From: Lytechinus pictus
Taxonomy: Eukaryota
DNA length: 64,000 nucleotides
NCBI RefSeq assembly: GCF_037042905.1
Contig: NC_087245.1
Span: forward strand, 42,968,001-43,032,000
Direction: 5' to 3'
Shown: one piece after another, positions 55,001-64,000 of the stretch
Numbering within the stretch: the first letter of the stretch is position 1
Layout: each line of letters starts with the position of its first letter
Made by a program: the position numbers and the translations under genes
Notes under the pieces: model-generated
The model's input: the letters and a program-made list of their open reading frames with translations, nothing else
Told to the model about the DNA's origin: nothing
The model's database searches: none

Positions 55001-57951
55001 TGTGTTCTTAGGATATTCATTTGTCTGGTAGGCAGTATAAGAGCTGATTGGTTGGTTTGCTCCTGAGGAAGTTGAGACAGGTAATAACACAGTATGAGGA
55101 GTGTTTCGAGGTGATAATCACAATCAACCGCATTATTAAAGCAATGGCAAAAGTCACAACCCCCCCCAAAAAAAAAAGCTCTTTAGATTTATTTTCCCTA
55201 GAATGTGTGTTTGTGTGTGTGTTGAGGGGGGAGGGTAGCAAAATTAATCAGGATCGACAAAACTGCATTCCTTCCATGGCTTTATAAACATACTGACAAA
55301 CTCTTTTTGTCACATTATGAAAATTATTAAGATATATAGACAGCATTACAGGGTTTCATAAATTCTTATAAGGTTTTAAGATGTATAGACTTTGAATATG
55401 ATATTTATAACTTTTATCTTCAGGTGGATCAGGACTTCCGAATCCTGTTCCCGAAGTCAGCTGATGCCTTGTTCGTGAAATGGCCAAAGTACATTGACCT
55501 CATCTTGAAATATGCTGAAAAGCAGAACTTTGAGCAGCACTTGCGATGCGAGGAAGCCAAAACTGGTATGTCTTTAGTTTAATAATTAAAATTTAGGGGG
55601 AAGATAAATGTTTGGAATTTGGTGCTTTGGTGAGGATACTTTGGATTCAGCAGCGTTACGCCGCCGCTGTGTCACATTCTTGTGTGCGCTCTAACTGCTG
55701 CATTTGTGGACAGATTTCTTTCAATTTTTTTTATGGTGCCGTATCTTGGTATAATCTACACGCCTTTTGTTTTTTGTGGTGCTGCCCCCAGTGTTCTGTC
55801 TTTTATAGGGTCAAAGGTCATATTTTGGTTGACATACTTGTGTGCTTCTTACACTTGCATTTCTTGAAGCATGCAGCAAAAACTGCTTCTAGGGCCGGGG
55901 GATACATTTGCGTTGCGTGCAGTGCACATTTCTAGTTTATTTCATTTTTATTAATTTTTTTAGAATATTGGTGTACACACAAATACTATGAAATCAGATT
56001 ATGATAGTTGTGAACATGATAGACTTTTAGGTTTAATGAATTTATTTTTGTATTGGAATTTAGTGCCTAATATATATTTTTTTTTAATGCTGGTGCACAC
56101 AAAAATACTATGAAATCAGATTATGATAGTAATGAACATGATAGACATTTAGGTTTGATGAATGAATTATTTGTATTTTTCCTCATCTAATTTCAGATGC
56201 AGAGAAATGTAACCTGTCCTTTTTGGTTCTTCCCTTTCTATTTCCACCCGGCCAAATCAGAGGAAGTAAGTCTTCCAAAAGCAGATATGTTCGTGCAACT
56301 GTTCAGGAAGCAAGTGCTTCATTCATACAACGAAGAGAAGTGAGTATTGCTTTCTATACTGTACAAGGTGGCCCGGAAAAAGTGGCAGTCTATTTTTGAT
56401 ATCTTGGCATGTTAGAAATTCCTTTTTATTGGACTTATTAGTTCGTGTATTTCATGCTAAAGAAATGACACCTGCTTGTAGCTTCCCTGATATGCTATAC
56501 ATTAAACAAGTGGAATGCCTCTGGCCGTCTCACCTGCATCACGCGATTCAATATAGCAGCAGTGCTGATTTTGAAAACTACTATAACTCGCACAAGATGT
56601 TCAGTGATACTTGGTTACTCTTATATGATGGCAATTCAACAAATACCCCCAACGTGGCCAAAGTTCTTTGACCTTACATGACCTTTGACCTTGATCATGT
56701 GACCTGAAACTCGCACAGGATGTTCAGTGATACTTGATTACTATTATGTCCAAGTTTTATGAACTAGACCAACACACTTTCAAATTTATGGCTGTAATTC
56801 AACAAATACCCCAATTTGGCCAAAGTTCATTGACCCTAAATGACCTTTGACCTTGATCATGTGACCTGAAACTTGCACAGGATGTTCAGTAATACTTGAT
56901 TACTATTATGCCCAAGTTTCATGAATCAGATCCATAAACTTTCAAAGTTATGATGGTAATTCAACAGATACCCCCAATTCGGCCAAAGTTCATTGACCCT
57001 AAATGACCTTTGACCTTGGTCATGTGACGTGAAACTCATGCAGGATGTTCAGTGATACTTGATTAACCTTATGTATAAGTTTCATGAACTAGGTCCATAT
57101 ATTTTCTAAGTTATGATGACATTTCAAAAACTTAACCTTAGGTTAAGATTTTGATGTTGATTCCCCCAACATGGTCTAAGTTCATTGACCCTAAATTACC
57201 TTTGACCTTGGTCATGTGACATGAAACTCAGGCAGGATGTTCAGTAATACTTGATTAACCTTATGGCCAAGTTTCATGAACTAGGTCCATATACTTTCTA
57301 AGTTATGCTGTCATTTCAAAAACTTAACCTCAGGTTAAGATTTGGTGTTGACGCCGCCGCCGTCGCCGTCGGAAAAGCGGCGCCTATAGTCTCACTCTGC
57401 TATGCAGGTGAGACAAAAAATGACATTGTTTCCCTAAATAATAAAATTATGTATTGATAGAAATTACCTTATGAAATCTAAACGTTTTGATTGAGTTTTC
57501 ATCTTATTGGCAGTAAATCTTGAATGCAAATGTTTTAGCCATTAAACTTTTAAAGTCTTATTTCTGTCAGTGTACAATTGTAATTTACTCTTGTTTTTTT
57601 TTTTTTTTTGGTGTGCTTTTGTTATTGCAGATTGGAACAAACATCCCACAATTCCTGGAGGAAAACAGGCATGCACAACCGTTTGTCCTAGCCCTAGGCA
57701 ATAGGATGCTGCTTCCAGAACAAGTGTTTGTCATCGTGGAACAATGTACCATCCCTTGTTCTGATCTCCTTCAGGGAGTAGACAGATGCTTCAAGCTCAT
57801 CTACATACTTGATGTTGAGTTCCCTTGGGAATGTCAACATGTCTGGGATTTTCTTCAGAAGTGTATGTTTAAGCTTGGGGAGGGGAAGGGAAGGGATTCA
57901 TCAGTTCCAGCAGTAACCCTCCTTCGAAACTTCCTTGAAAACCAAATGTAA
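43092..57951 (+). CDS. SAM-domain (SAMD3-like) companion protein of the transposon, 11 exons: 43092-43158, 44449-44561, 49843-49932, 51228-51326, 52223-52362, 52811-52895, 53578-53758, 54655-54842, 55424-55565, 56197-56339, 57631-57951 (1569 nt, 522 aa)
   Basis: All ten introns are GT-AG and the phases (1,0,0,0,2,0,1,0,1,0) give one open frame. The N-terminus fits the SAM pattern (V..KL.EW.LERFSQNFEDNEID...L..V.E...KELIPPVGPRLKFL). It is followed by a low-complexity linker with KRPK, a GYLEVRLRNVR motif, FPRLID, and C-terminal VDRCFKLIYILDVEFP..C.HVWDFLQK. Confidence 0.82.
44088..44516 (+). repeat. 215-bp near-perfect tandem duplication covering the acceptor and 5' part of SAM exon 2
   Basis: 44088-44301 is repeated at 44303-44516; acceptors at 44233 and 44448. 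Confidence 0.95.
45563..46100. mobile_element. Kolobok-like palindromic MITE
   Basis: TTAA|AGGGAAATGAAACCC ... GGGTTTTGTTCCCCT; arms aaaatggtgaaagtttgagcaaaatcgga / tccgattttgctcaaactttcaccatttt. Confidence 0.7.
46382..48862 (+). CDS. EnSpm/CMC-type DDE transposase with two N-terminal C2H2-like zinc fingers (826 aa from the ATG at 46382; the ORF track starts at GTG 46364)
   Basis: Intronless intact ORF. Zinc fingers CPKC..HLENIH and CTQEGC..HLSSH. Motifs LYIDDFE..NPL, GDNLG, CRHC, DIMHDILEGV, KHHFMLHY, GPL..YWVMRFEAKH are typical of animal EnSpm transposases. It lies between CACT TIRs. Confidence 0.9.
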   Translation: MEYICPKCGVLISRDSKVLLWHLENIHNVIKGRVFTEIVRCTQEGCQRTFSGRTEQFKRHLSSHLGTNDPYAQAVAQHSDDDLDDDLPENIENNVAEENTVMWDNFDEAELKEQVVMLVAGLLGSSSVVHSTVNHVIEKSASLMEDVCDYVKHKCRQFANAVGIPEEENTFQKLLGDIDAIPQPFKSMDTEHKRKKFFENCSSFIQPEQLPLGIRYIQCNDRATGNVQQIMKTVSYQYIPIQKLIKLLIEETDLLKLSQQYEPSKDGLMRDFHDGTYCKQSEFFSSQHTFKLILYIDDFEVTNPLSPKSGTHKLGGVYFKIANVPPRYRSRLSNIYLVMLYNASDAKLFGFHRIFAQFVEDMKLLETDGIDIQHDNFYGNVKVSIAQVVGDNLGIHSLLGFAEGFTANFPCRHCKMHRNETKRALIEEKEALRTPENYQHDLNRENLQETGIKSSCVLDDLTHFHTTSNRAPDIMHDILEGVCPLEVKLVLHELIQKGYFTVDQLNARITSYNYGYGDASNKPCTYSVNQLRSPDGSGGQNAGQMWCLIRHIGVMLGDLIPEDDPHWELLLALQDCMDIVFAPVISRGDVLFLEQLIKDHHMIYLELFPERHLKPKHHFMLHYPSAMHLLGPLITYWVMRFEAKHNFAKRLAHIVCNFTNITKTQAYRNQMQLCYLVMSRQTTVEREFEVGPGTSVILASLEDADVIAQSVEIPLYDEVYRAHWCKVHGIVYQENMMVVVDKTGDGDPLFGKIGVVLSVGTSVFLVCDLWETVGFRQHFHAYVVQPAPAKNVCVVKPEDLDVFYSLHANQSYAEEDRNYYISMRHK
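49177..49281 (+). terminator. Candidate intronic poly(A) signals for the transposase mRNA
   Basis: AATAAA at 49177 and 49276, between the transposase stop and exon 3 of the SAM gene. Confidence 0.35.
50382..51006 (+). mobile_element. Helentron/DINE-like repeat with a small palindromic MITE (50545-50702) inserted; related element at about 33968-34570
   Basis: tttttgtc...ggaggtgaaggcgagac start, two aagactct..tatgacacataa units, end ggcaattgccttgtt. Confidence 0.55.
54190..54352. repeat. Degenerate (GTA)n microsatellite
   Basis: gtagtagtagta runs. Confidence 0.9.
56504..57418 (-). mobile_element. Helentron/DINE-like element with about 162-bp tandem repeats in the last intron of the SAM gene
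   Basis: Same unit as 25658-26730; (GCC)n microsatellite at about 57353-57370; terminal hairpin gtctcac..gtgagac followed by an A run. Confidence 0.8.
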
Positions 57952-58583
57952 TTAATCATATGGCATAAATCTAAGTACTGCATGAGTCCTTGTACAGCCC
58001 ACAAATGTAGCAACTCACACAATGTAGTAAAACATCTCCCACAGACGTAGTAAAAGTGTCTCCCACAAACCTAGATAGCTAATTCTTTGACTCTTAAAAC
58101 TAAATTTCCAACTCTTTACCCAGTGTACACTGTGATGAAATCATCTAGAGGTAAGTGGTACTTCTTTAGGCATCTTAACATGTACAGTTTTTTTTTGTTA
58201 CACCGTTTTAACAATTCAGAAACGTACGAGTCCCATTTCAGGTTTGATTGGGTAATCACACCTAAGATTTTAGCCTTATCCACTGAATTTCGCTAATACC
58301 AATTGACAGGAACGAGATCAACCTGTGTTTTTTTGCGAAGGATACAGATATAATGGTACAATTGTTTTAGGTTATCCATGATATTGAATCTGAATTGTTC
58401 CATTGAGAATGCATCATATTGAATTATCTCAAAGTATAAGTGTTTGAGAAAAGTGCTGTTCATGCCCTATCAGTTGTGGTTTTCAACAGCAAAAGTGTAT
58501 ATGTGTTGAAATAATGTAGCAACAATTTGTTTTTATGTACACCAACTATGTACCGGTATGTTAGACATGTTATGGACATTTAA

Positions 58584-59155
58584 AGGCCAAATCCATTTCA
58601 GGTTCACGCTCATTTTAATAGGGTAAAAATTTTCAAGCACAGCAGTAAAAAATGATGTAAATTAGATTAAAATTAAGGAAGTTATTACATTTTGAAGTTC
58701 TTGAAACTTCTTCAACGATTGTATATGAATATGCAAATAAGTGACTTGATGACATCATCGCCTGACAATTTTCCATTCATTTTTTACAAATAAATGACAA
58801 AAATTTCACATTTCAGCTTTGAGAATATTAAACTCACCTTAATTCCTCTCTAAATAGTTGCAGAATATTGTTAACTAATATATTTTGTTATGAGGGAGAC
58901 TTTCACATGATATAGCTAAAAAGGTTAATTTTTCAGATTTTGTTTGTACAAAATATATGGCGAGTTATGAGGCTATGACATCAACTCACTCATTTGCATA
59001 TTCATATTGATGTTTCAAGAAATGTTTCATCGAAATTTGCAAAATTTAATAACTTCCTGATTTCTAATCCGATTTTAATCAAATTTTCACTGATCTATTT
59101 GAAAATAGTTACTCTTTCTCCTGAAATTAACTTAATCTGGACCGGATTCAGCCTT
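58584..59155. mobile_element. Kolobok-like MITE
   Basis: TTAA on both flanks, degenerate TIRs, arms atatgaatatgcaaat..gatgacatca / tgacatca..atttgcatattcatat. Confidence 0.6.
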
Positions 59156-59698
59156 TTAATACTTCAGAGCAGAAATGTATATATGTTTGAATGAATGTAG
59201 GAAATCACAATTTTTTAAAGTTGATGTGTGTCACAATTTTGATGAATATGTGATGCACTTTAAAGGGATAGTTGAGTAGTGGATGACTAGTCTAAAATCA
59301 TCTTCGAAGTGTCTGTAGTTGTTGTGTCAAACTTCTAAAGACCTTAACTCCTGAATTGTTCATCTGATTTTGCTCAAACTTTTACTAATTTATGTATATA
59401 TAAGTACTCTTCTGATAGTCACATGTAGATTTCTGGGTTTAATTCCCCATTATGAATTATTTACTCCTCTGTATGTGGCATTAAAATAGCAGTCTGAAGA
59501 CTTAAAACTGCATCAATTGGCAACAAAATTACTAGGGGGTAACCATAGTGACACAATTGGTAAGCATTTTCTCTTCGAAAATTATCAGGTATAAAAATAA
59601 TACTGATTCAAATGTATAGTGAACACTGGGTTCCGATCTACGCCCAATCCTGTCGAACACAGTTGAAGTGTGTGACGTCACAGAAAGGAGCAAATTTC

Positions 59699-60132
59699 CC
59701 CAAGCAGACGACGTCCTACTATAACGTACACAATTTCAAAGCAACGTTTTATCCTGTATAATTAGTTTGTCATAGGTGTAAGGGAAACAAATGCAAAGAG
59801 AAACTTAGACAGACCCCTGATATTTCACTTTTGTGTTGAACAGGCCGATGAACAGGGATAATTGACGGCATTCGCTGACTTTGCTCTCGACATAGGTAAC
59901 TAGGTGAAAACTGCATGTGACCATTATAGTATACAACCGTATTGTATTGTGGGACTTTTAAATGCGAAAGTGGAATTTGTACCTTTTCAGAAAGGTAATT
60001 TATCCTTGCAGTGAACGTTTTTGAGCAGTACATTTTACTTTCCACGGTCTGTGAAACTTCTTTCTAATGGCATAGGCAAAAACCCAAGTTTGCAATAATG
60101 TATCCATAAGCTATAGACATCGTCTGCTTGGG
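59699..60132. mobile_element. Small TIR element with CCC ends
   Basis: CCCAAGCAGACGACGTC / GACATCGTCTGCTTGGG, 16/17 match. Confidence 0.6.
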
Positions 60133-60382
60133 TTGGTATACTCCCTTCTGTGGCATCATTAGAACATTGCCGTATTTCTTCCGATGTTCTGGTACTTAAT
60201 AAAAATTTCGATTTCATTTAAATTGTTTTAGCACCTGGTATGACATTTACCAAAATCTTCAGGCTATCTACAAGATATTAGGGTACTTTTAGACATGAAT
60301 TATCCGTAGCTATAATTTTCTTTCATTGTCTACTTTAACATTTGAATTTGGCATCACCAGAACGAGAGTGCTGCTCTTTATA

Positions 60383-61724
60383 CAGTGCGTATAAAAAACG
60401 GACACACTAGAAAAGTCTAAAATTTTCATTTGTTTCAAATTGTGATGTCTATGTTTTGGTGTTAATATGTGCTCTGAAGTCTTATCTTTCAAATGCCATT
60501 TAAAAAATTAGTTTTGTTCATGCTTTACCGAACACGGAATGTTTTTGTCTGGGTTTTTAAAAGGAGGCTTGCGCAAAAATGGCATAAAATGAAAATATGA
60601 TGATCGGACTTCTTGCTAATCAGCAGACCTCCTCTCAACTTTTTCATTATCTCTGCCATAATTTTCTAATTATGCGGTCAAAATTCATTTTCAAATCTTT
60701 ACTTGCTTTAATTTTTTTAATTTTTTTTTAAATATGTTCTCTTTTAGCTTTGAATATTCCTTCTTTAAGCAAAAACATTTTTTTTTTTCAAACGAAGTAT
60801 GGGAAAGCGTGTTTTTTTTCAAATCCTTTCATTGTGTGCTACAAACGTTATGGTGCCTTTAAACAGTGCCATACAGATGGGCAGGGGCTCGGGGATGTCC
60901 CCCCCAAAAAAAACAAAAAAAATAATAATAATAATAATGACCAAGAAAAAAGTGGAAAGGAAATAAAAGGAAAGATAGAAAGTGAAATATGATATTATTT
61001 TCTGAATATTATTTCAGAATCTGTCTCAAAATTGGATAGTTTAATAAAAAGGTGGAAATTTTTGCTTGCACACCCCGCTCGCTTACAATTTTTTAATACA
61101 TTTTACCCAATCTGCCATACCTAGCTCCTTCAAAATTGACTCAATACACCATTGCCATTGAAAGATATGTATCCTTTCCTAGTTATCCTGTCAAGCACAT
61201 AATTAAACTTGGTCAAGAAATCAATAACCCCTTGAAAAATGGATTCATGTCTTTTAAGGGTACCATAACATAATTTGTTTCTTTGATTTGAATAAGTAAA
61301 GGTTTTCGCAATTAATAATGCAAATCTTCTTGTATGGGTTGACAAAAGGTCTTCTTTTCTTACTTATGAAGGAAAATTCAAAGGTAAAAGAAGTTTAAAT
61401 GAAAAAAAATAACTCGAGTAAATAAATAAATTTGTAAATAAAGTTTGACCGCATAATCGAAAGTTATGGCACAGATAATGAAAAAGTTAAGAGGAAGTCT
61501 GCTGATTAGCAAGAAATCTGATCATCATACTACTCATATTCTGCCATTTTGGCGCTAAAAACGTCCCGTGTTTGCTCAAGCATGAACAAAAATTATTTCT
61601 TTAAATGGCATTTCAAAGATAATATTTCAGAGCATATTTTAACATCAAAATATAAATATCATAATTTGAAAAAAAAAAAATTAAAGAATTTTCAAAACTG
61701 TCCCGTTTTTTTTAATACGCACTG
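60383..61724. mobile_element. Tc1/mariner-type non-autonomous element with about 330-bp TIRs
   Basis: TA|CAGTGCGTAT ... ATACGCACTG|TA; arms cttgctaatcagcagac / gtctgctgattagcaag. Confidence 0.85.
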
Positions 61725-62301
61725 TATATATATATATATATATTATGTCTTATTATTTCATTATTGATATTATAATTGATTAATATTATCCTTTTTGATA
61801 TGTGCTGCATATGTTTTGGCTATATGCCAATAGATTTTGTTTGTGTGTGAGCTGATGAACTTCATAACATTTACATTATGATTGTATTGATGATGTTGAT
61901 TAATGGCATTAAAAATTGAAGTTTAAAACATAGCAAGCATTGTAATGGACTCTTTACTGGGTTTGTCCACCGTATGAGGTAAATAGTTTTCAACAAAATG
62001 AATCAAAAATCTATTCATTAAATGAATCTATAACTTGTCAAAACAAAGAGTTTTTCTATTCAAAATGAATAGGTTAACTATTCAGTCGATTGATTCGATG
62101 AACTATTCATTAATTAACAGTATACTAGTCAAAAACTGATGAGTTTTCGATTCAAATTTTGACTAGATTTCGGTCTAATTTTTTTGACAAGATTTTTCTA
62201 TTCATTTTGAATAGAATCTGGTAAGTGTCCCTCGGATGAGTTTTTCGATTCAAATTTGAATAGATTCTATTCACATTTGAATAGTTTGTTATGAGAGTGT
62301 A

Positions 62302-62540
62302 CATTAGGCTAGCTATGCCTTTAAAATACACCATTTTGGTCACTTGTCGGATCAGAAAAGTTCCTGTAATTAGGATGACAATTAAGTTTTGAACTGGTTT
62401 CTCATTTTTACATCCCAGATCTGTGACAAAGTTACAGTGTCTGTTAAAGTTTATACGACATATTATTGGAATTTAACAAAAGCATTAATTATAAGCCTAT
62501 GCCGTTAAAATACACCCTTTCAGTAATTTGAGAAAAGTTA
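62302..62540 (+). repeat. Continuation of the 155-bp array of element B after element C
   Basis: aaaagttcctgtaa...gttttgaactggttt...tatgccgttaaaatacaccctttcagtaatttgagaaaagtt matches the monomer. Confidence 0.9.
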
Positions 62541-63215
62541 GGCTGTAATAGCTTGGCCATTCCCGCCAAAACGCGTGCCCTAACTACCAGTAACTGCTCG
62601 ATATTCAGTGCACGCAGACTAGACGTGCTAGCGCTATAGTGCAGTGCATTGCGCAATGCATATGCATGCAGCGCAAGCCATGCATAGCTCTCGAGTACCA
62701 GTCGGACATCATCAAGGGCTACAAAAGTTAGGTAAGAAATATCAAGTTTATTGTGCAGACTTTCTGTTTATGGCTGATGTAGTGTGTTGAACTCTGATAA
62801 AGTTGAAGGTGTAGATTATTTTAGATAGACATTCATCAAGTACCGGTATGTTACTGAGTGTTAAAACGAGTCTATAACTAAGAGTAAGAGTAAGAGTACT
62901 GCCTGGATCGAACTTAGTTAGACTTAGAACTTAGACTTGGAAGTTCAGGCGCTTGTTGTGACCATACTTTCTCCCGCGTGACTCCGGCGTGGAGATACCC
63001 TACTATAACATACCAAAAATCAACTAAATCTTTAAAAATTGTTGCAGTAATGGTCATGATTTTTTTTTTTTTTTTTTTTGGGGGGGGGGGTGATTTTTCC
63101 TAAAACAAAGAAATTAGTAGATCTAGACCCCTAGATATTGCTAGAACTTAGAAGTCTATAGAGTCTACACTTTCACACAAGTTTCACAGCAAACCGCTGC
63201 ACATTATAAGGACTG

Positions 63216-63460
63216 CAGTAGCGGATCCGGGGGGGCTATCACAGCCGCGGCCCCCCTATTGGTACGCGCAGGCGCCAACAAAACAAAAGAGAAGGAAAAT
63301 AAGAGGAAGAGAAGAAAAGGAGAAGAGAAAAGAATGAAGAGAAAGAGAAAAGAATTAGAAGAGAGAAGCAGGGTGAGAAAGGGAGAACGACAAGGAAATG
63401 GCACTAAGTAGTAAGTGACAGTAACCACGAATAAGGGAAAAACTGAAATGGGGGGGGGGG
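63216..63460 (+). mobile_element. Left end of an element related to 13796-15820
   Basis: CAGTAGCGGATCCGGGGGG...cccccctattgg followed by a purine-rich tract, as at 13796. Confidence 0.55.
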
Positions 63461-64000
63461 GGGTGACAGACCGTATTCTAATTTTGAGGTTGTGCAAAAC
63501 TGAGTGGGAATTCAGCTTATTTTCAAAAATTCTAAGCATGCTTGTTCATAATGTTACGCCGTAGTGCCTGAAATGGTTAGTGTCAAACCACTTCTGAAAA
63601 GGCCTGCCCGCCCCCTCCAAAGAGCGGCAGAATGGTAATCAGGAAATTTTGGGGTCGATCCCAAAGGCTTGGGAGCTGTTATTGAAGAGGGTGCCGGCTT
63701 CAGCCCCACCCCCCCCCCCCCTGATGAAAATATCAAAATATTTTGCGAGCATAACTTAATAACGGAGAAAATCGTCTGCGCCATTTTTCAAATTTCAAAC
63801 CTGTCAGAAAGTGTATACTAATGTCTTTGATTTTCCTAATGCATCAAATATCAGATCAGTAGATAACTAATTTTCTAATCAGTTCGCATCATGTTGTGTG
63901 ATGCATTTATTTAAAAAAAAAATTATTTGTTTTTGCTTTTTCAGAATAAGGTATCAAAAGTAAATGGTGACAATGTTTTATTCATGTCTAGAGTCCTTTC

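Larger units (their letters stand above)
39556..62299 (+). mobile_element. Complete, probably autonomous EnSpm/CACTA (CMC) transposon C, 22,744 bp
   Basis: TIRs CACTCTCATGACAGCCGATTCA (39556-39577) and CACTCTCATAACAAACTATTCA (reverse complement of 62278-62299) match at 18/22. TA lies on both flanks, gaatag/ctattc subterminal motifs are present, and removing the element restores the host repeat monomer. It contains a transposase and a second gene. Confidence 0.9.
37323..64000 (+). mobile_element. EnSpm/CMC element B (left part; interrupted by a SINE and element C; right end not seen)
   Basis: TA|CACTGTAAAAAA start, ctgtaa/ttacag subterminal motifs, then a 155-bp repeat array that stops at 39555 and resumes at 62302-62540. 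The end coordinate is only the window edge. Confidence 0.7.

Noticed and set aside
55960..56170. About 120-bp tandem duplication before SAM-gene exon 10
   Set aside because: Real but intronic and diverged, and it does not include the acceptor
59770..60217. Two adjacent minus-strand ORFs as a third transposon gene
   Set aside because: No motifs; they largely overlap a small TIR element (59699-60132)

Overview
AT-rich, intron-containing animal genomic DNA. The repeat families look like those of a marine invertebrate, possibly a sea urchin, but that is an inference. The left third carries an intact six-exon cathepsin C (dipeptidyl peptidase I) gene on the + strand (5814-21872, 476 aa) whose introns and flanks are full of MITEs, SINEs and Helentron/DINE-like elements. 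The right half is a nest of CAC-terminated EnSpm/CACTA (CMC-type) DNA transposons. The innermost one (39556-62299, 22.7 kb, 18/22-matching TIRs, TA target duplication) appears complete. It encodes an intronless zinc-finger DDE transposase (46382-48862) that lies inside intron 2 of a co-oriented gene with 11 coding exons for a 522-aa N-terminal SAM-domain protein, which the ORF track shows only as fragments. This element sits in the 155-bp subterminal repeat array of a second element (from 37323), which sits in the first intron of the SAM gene of a third element (from 36574). Exons of a further diverged paralog lie at 33.7-35.5 kb. All exon models were assembled by hand from GT/AG sites and phase continuity, without transcript evidence.
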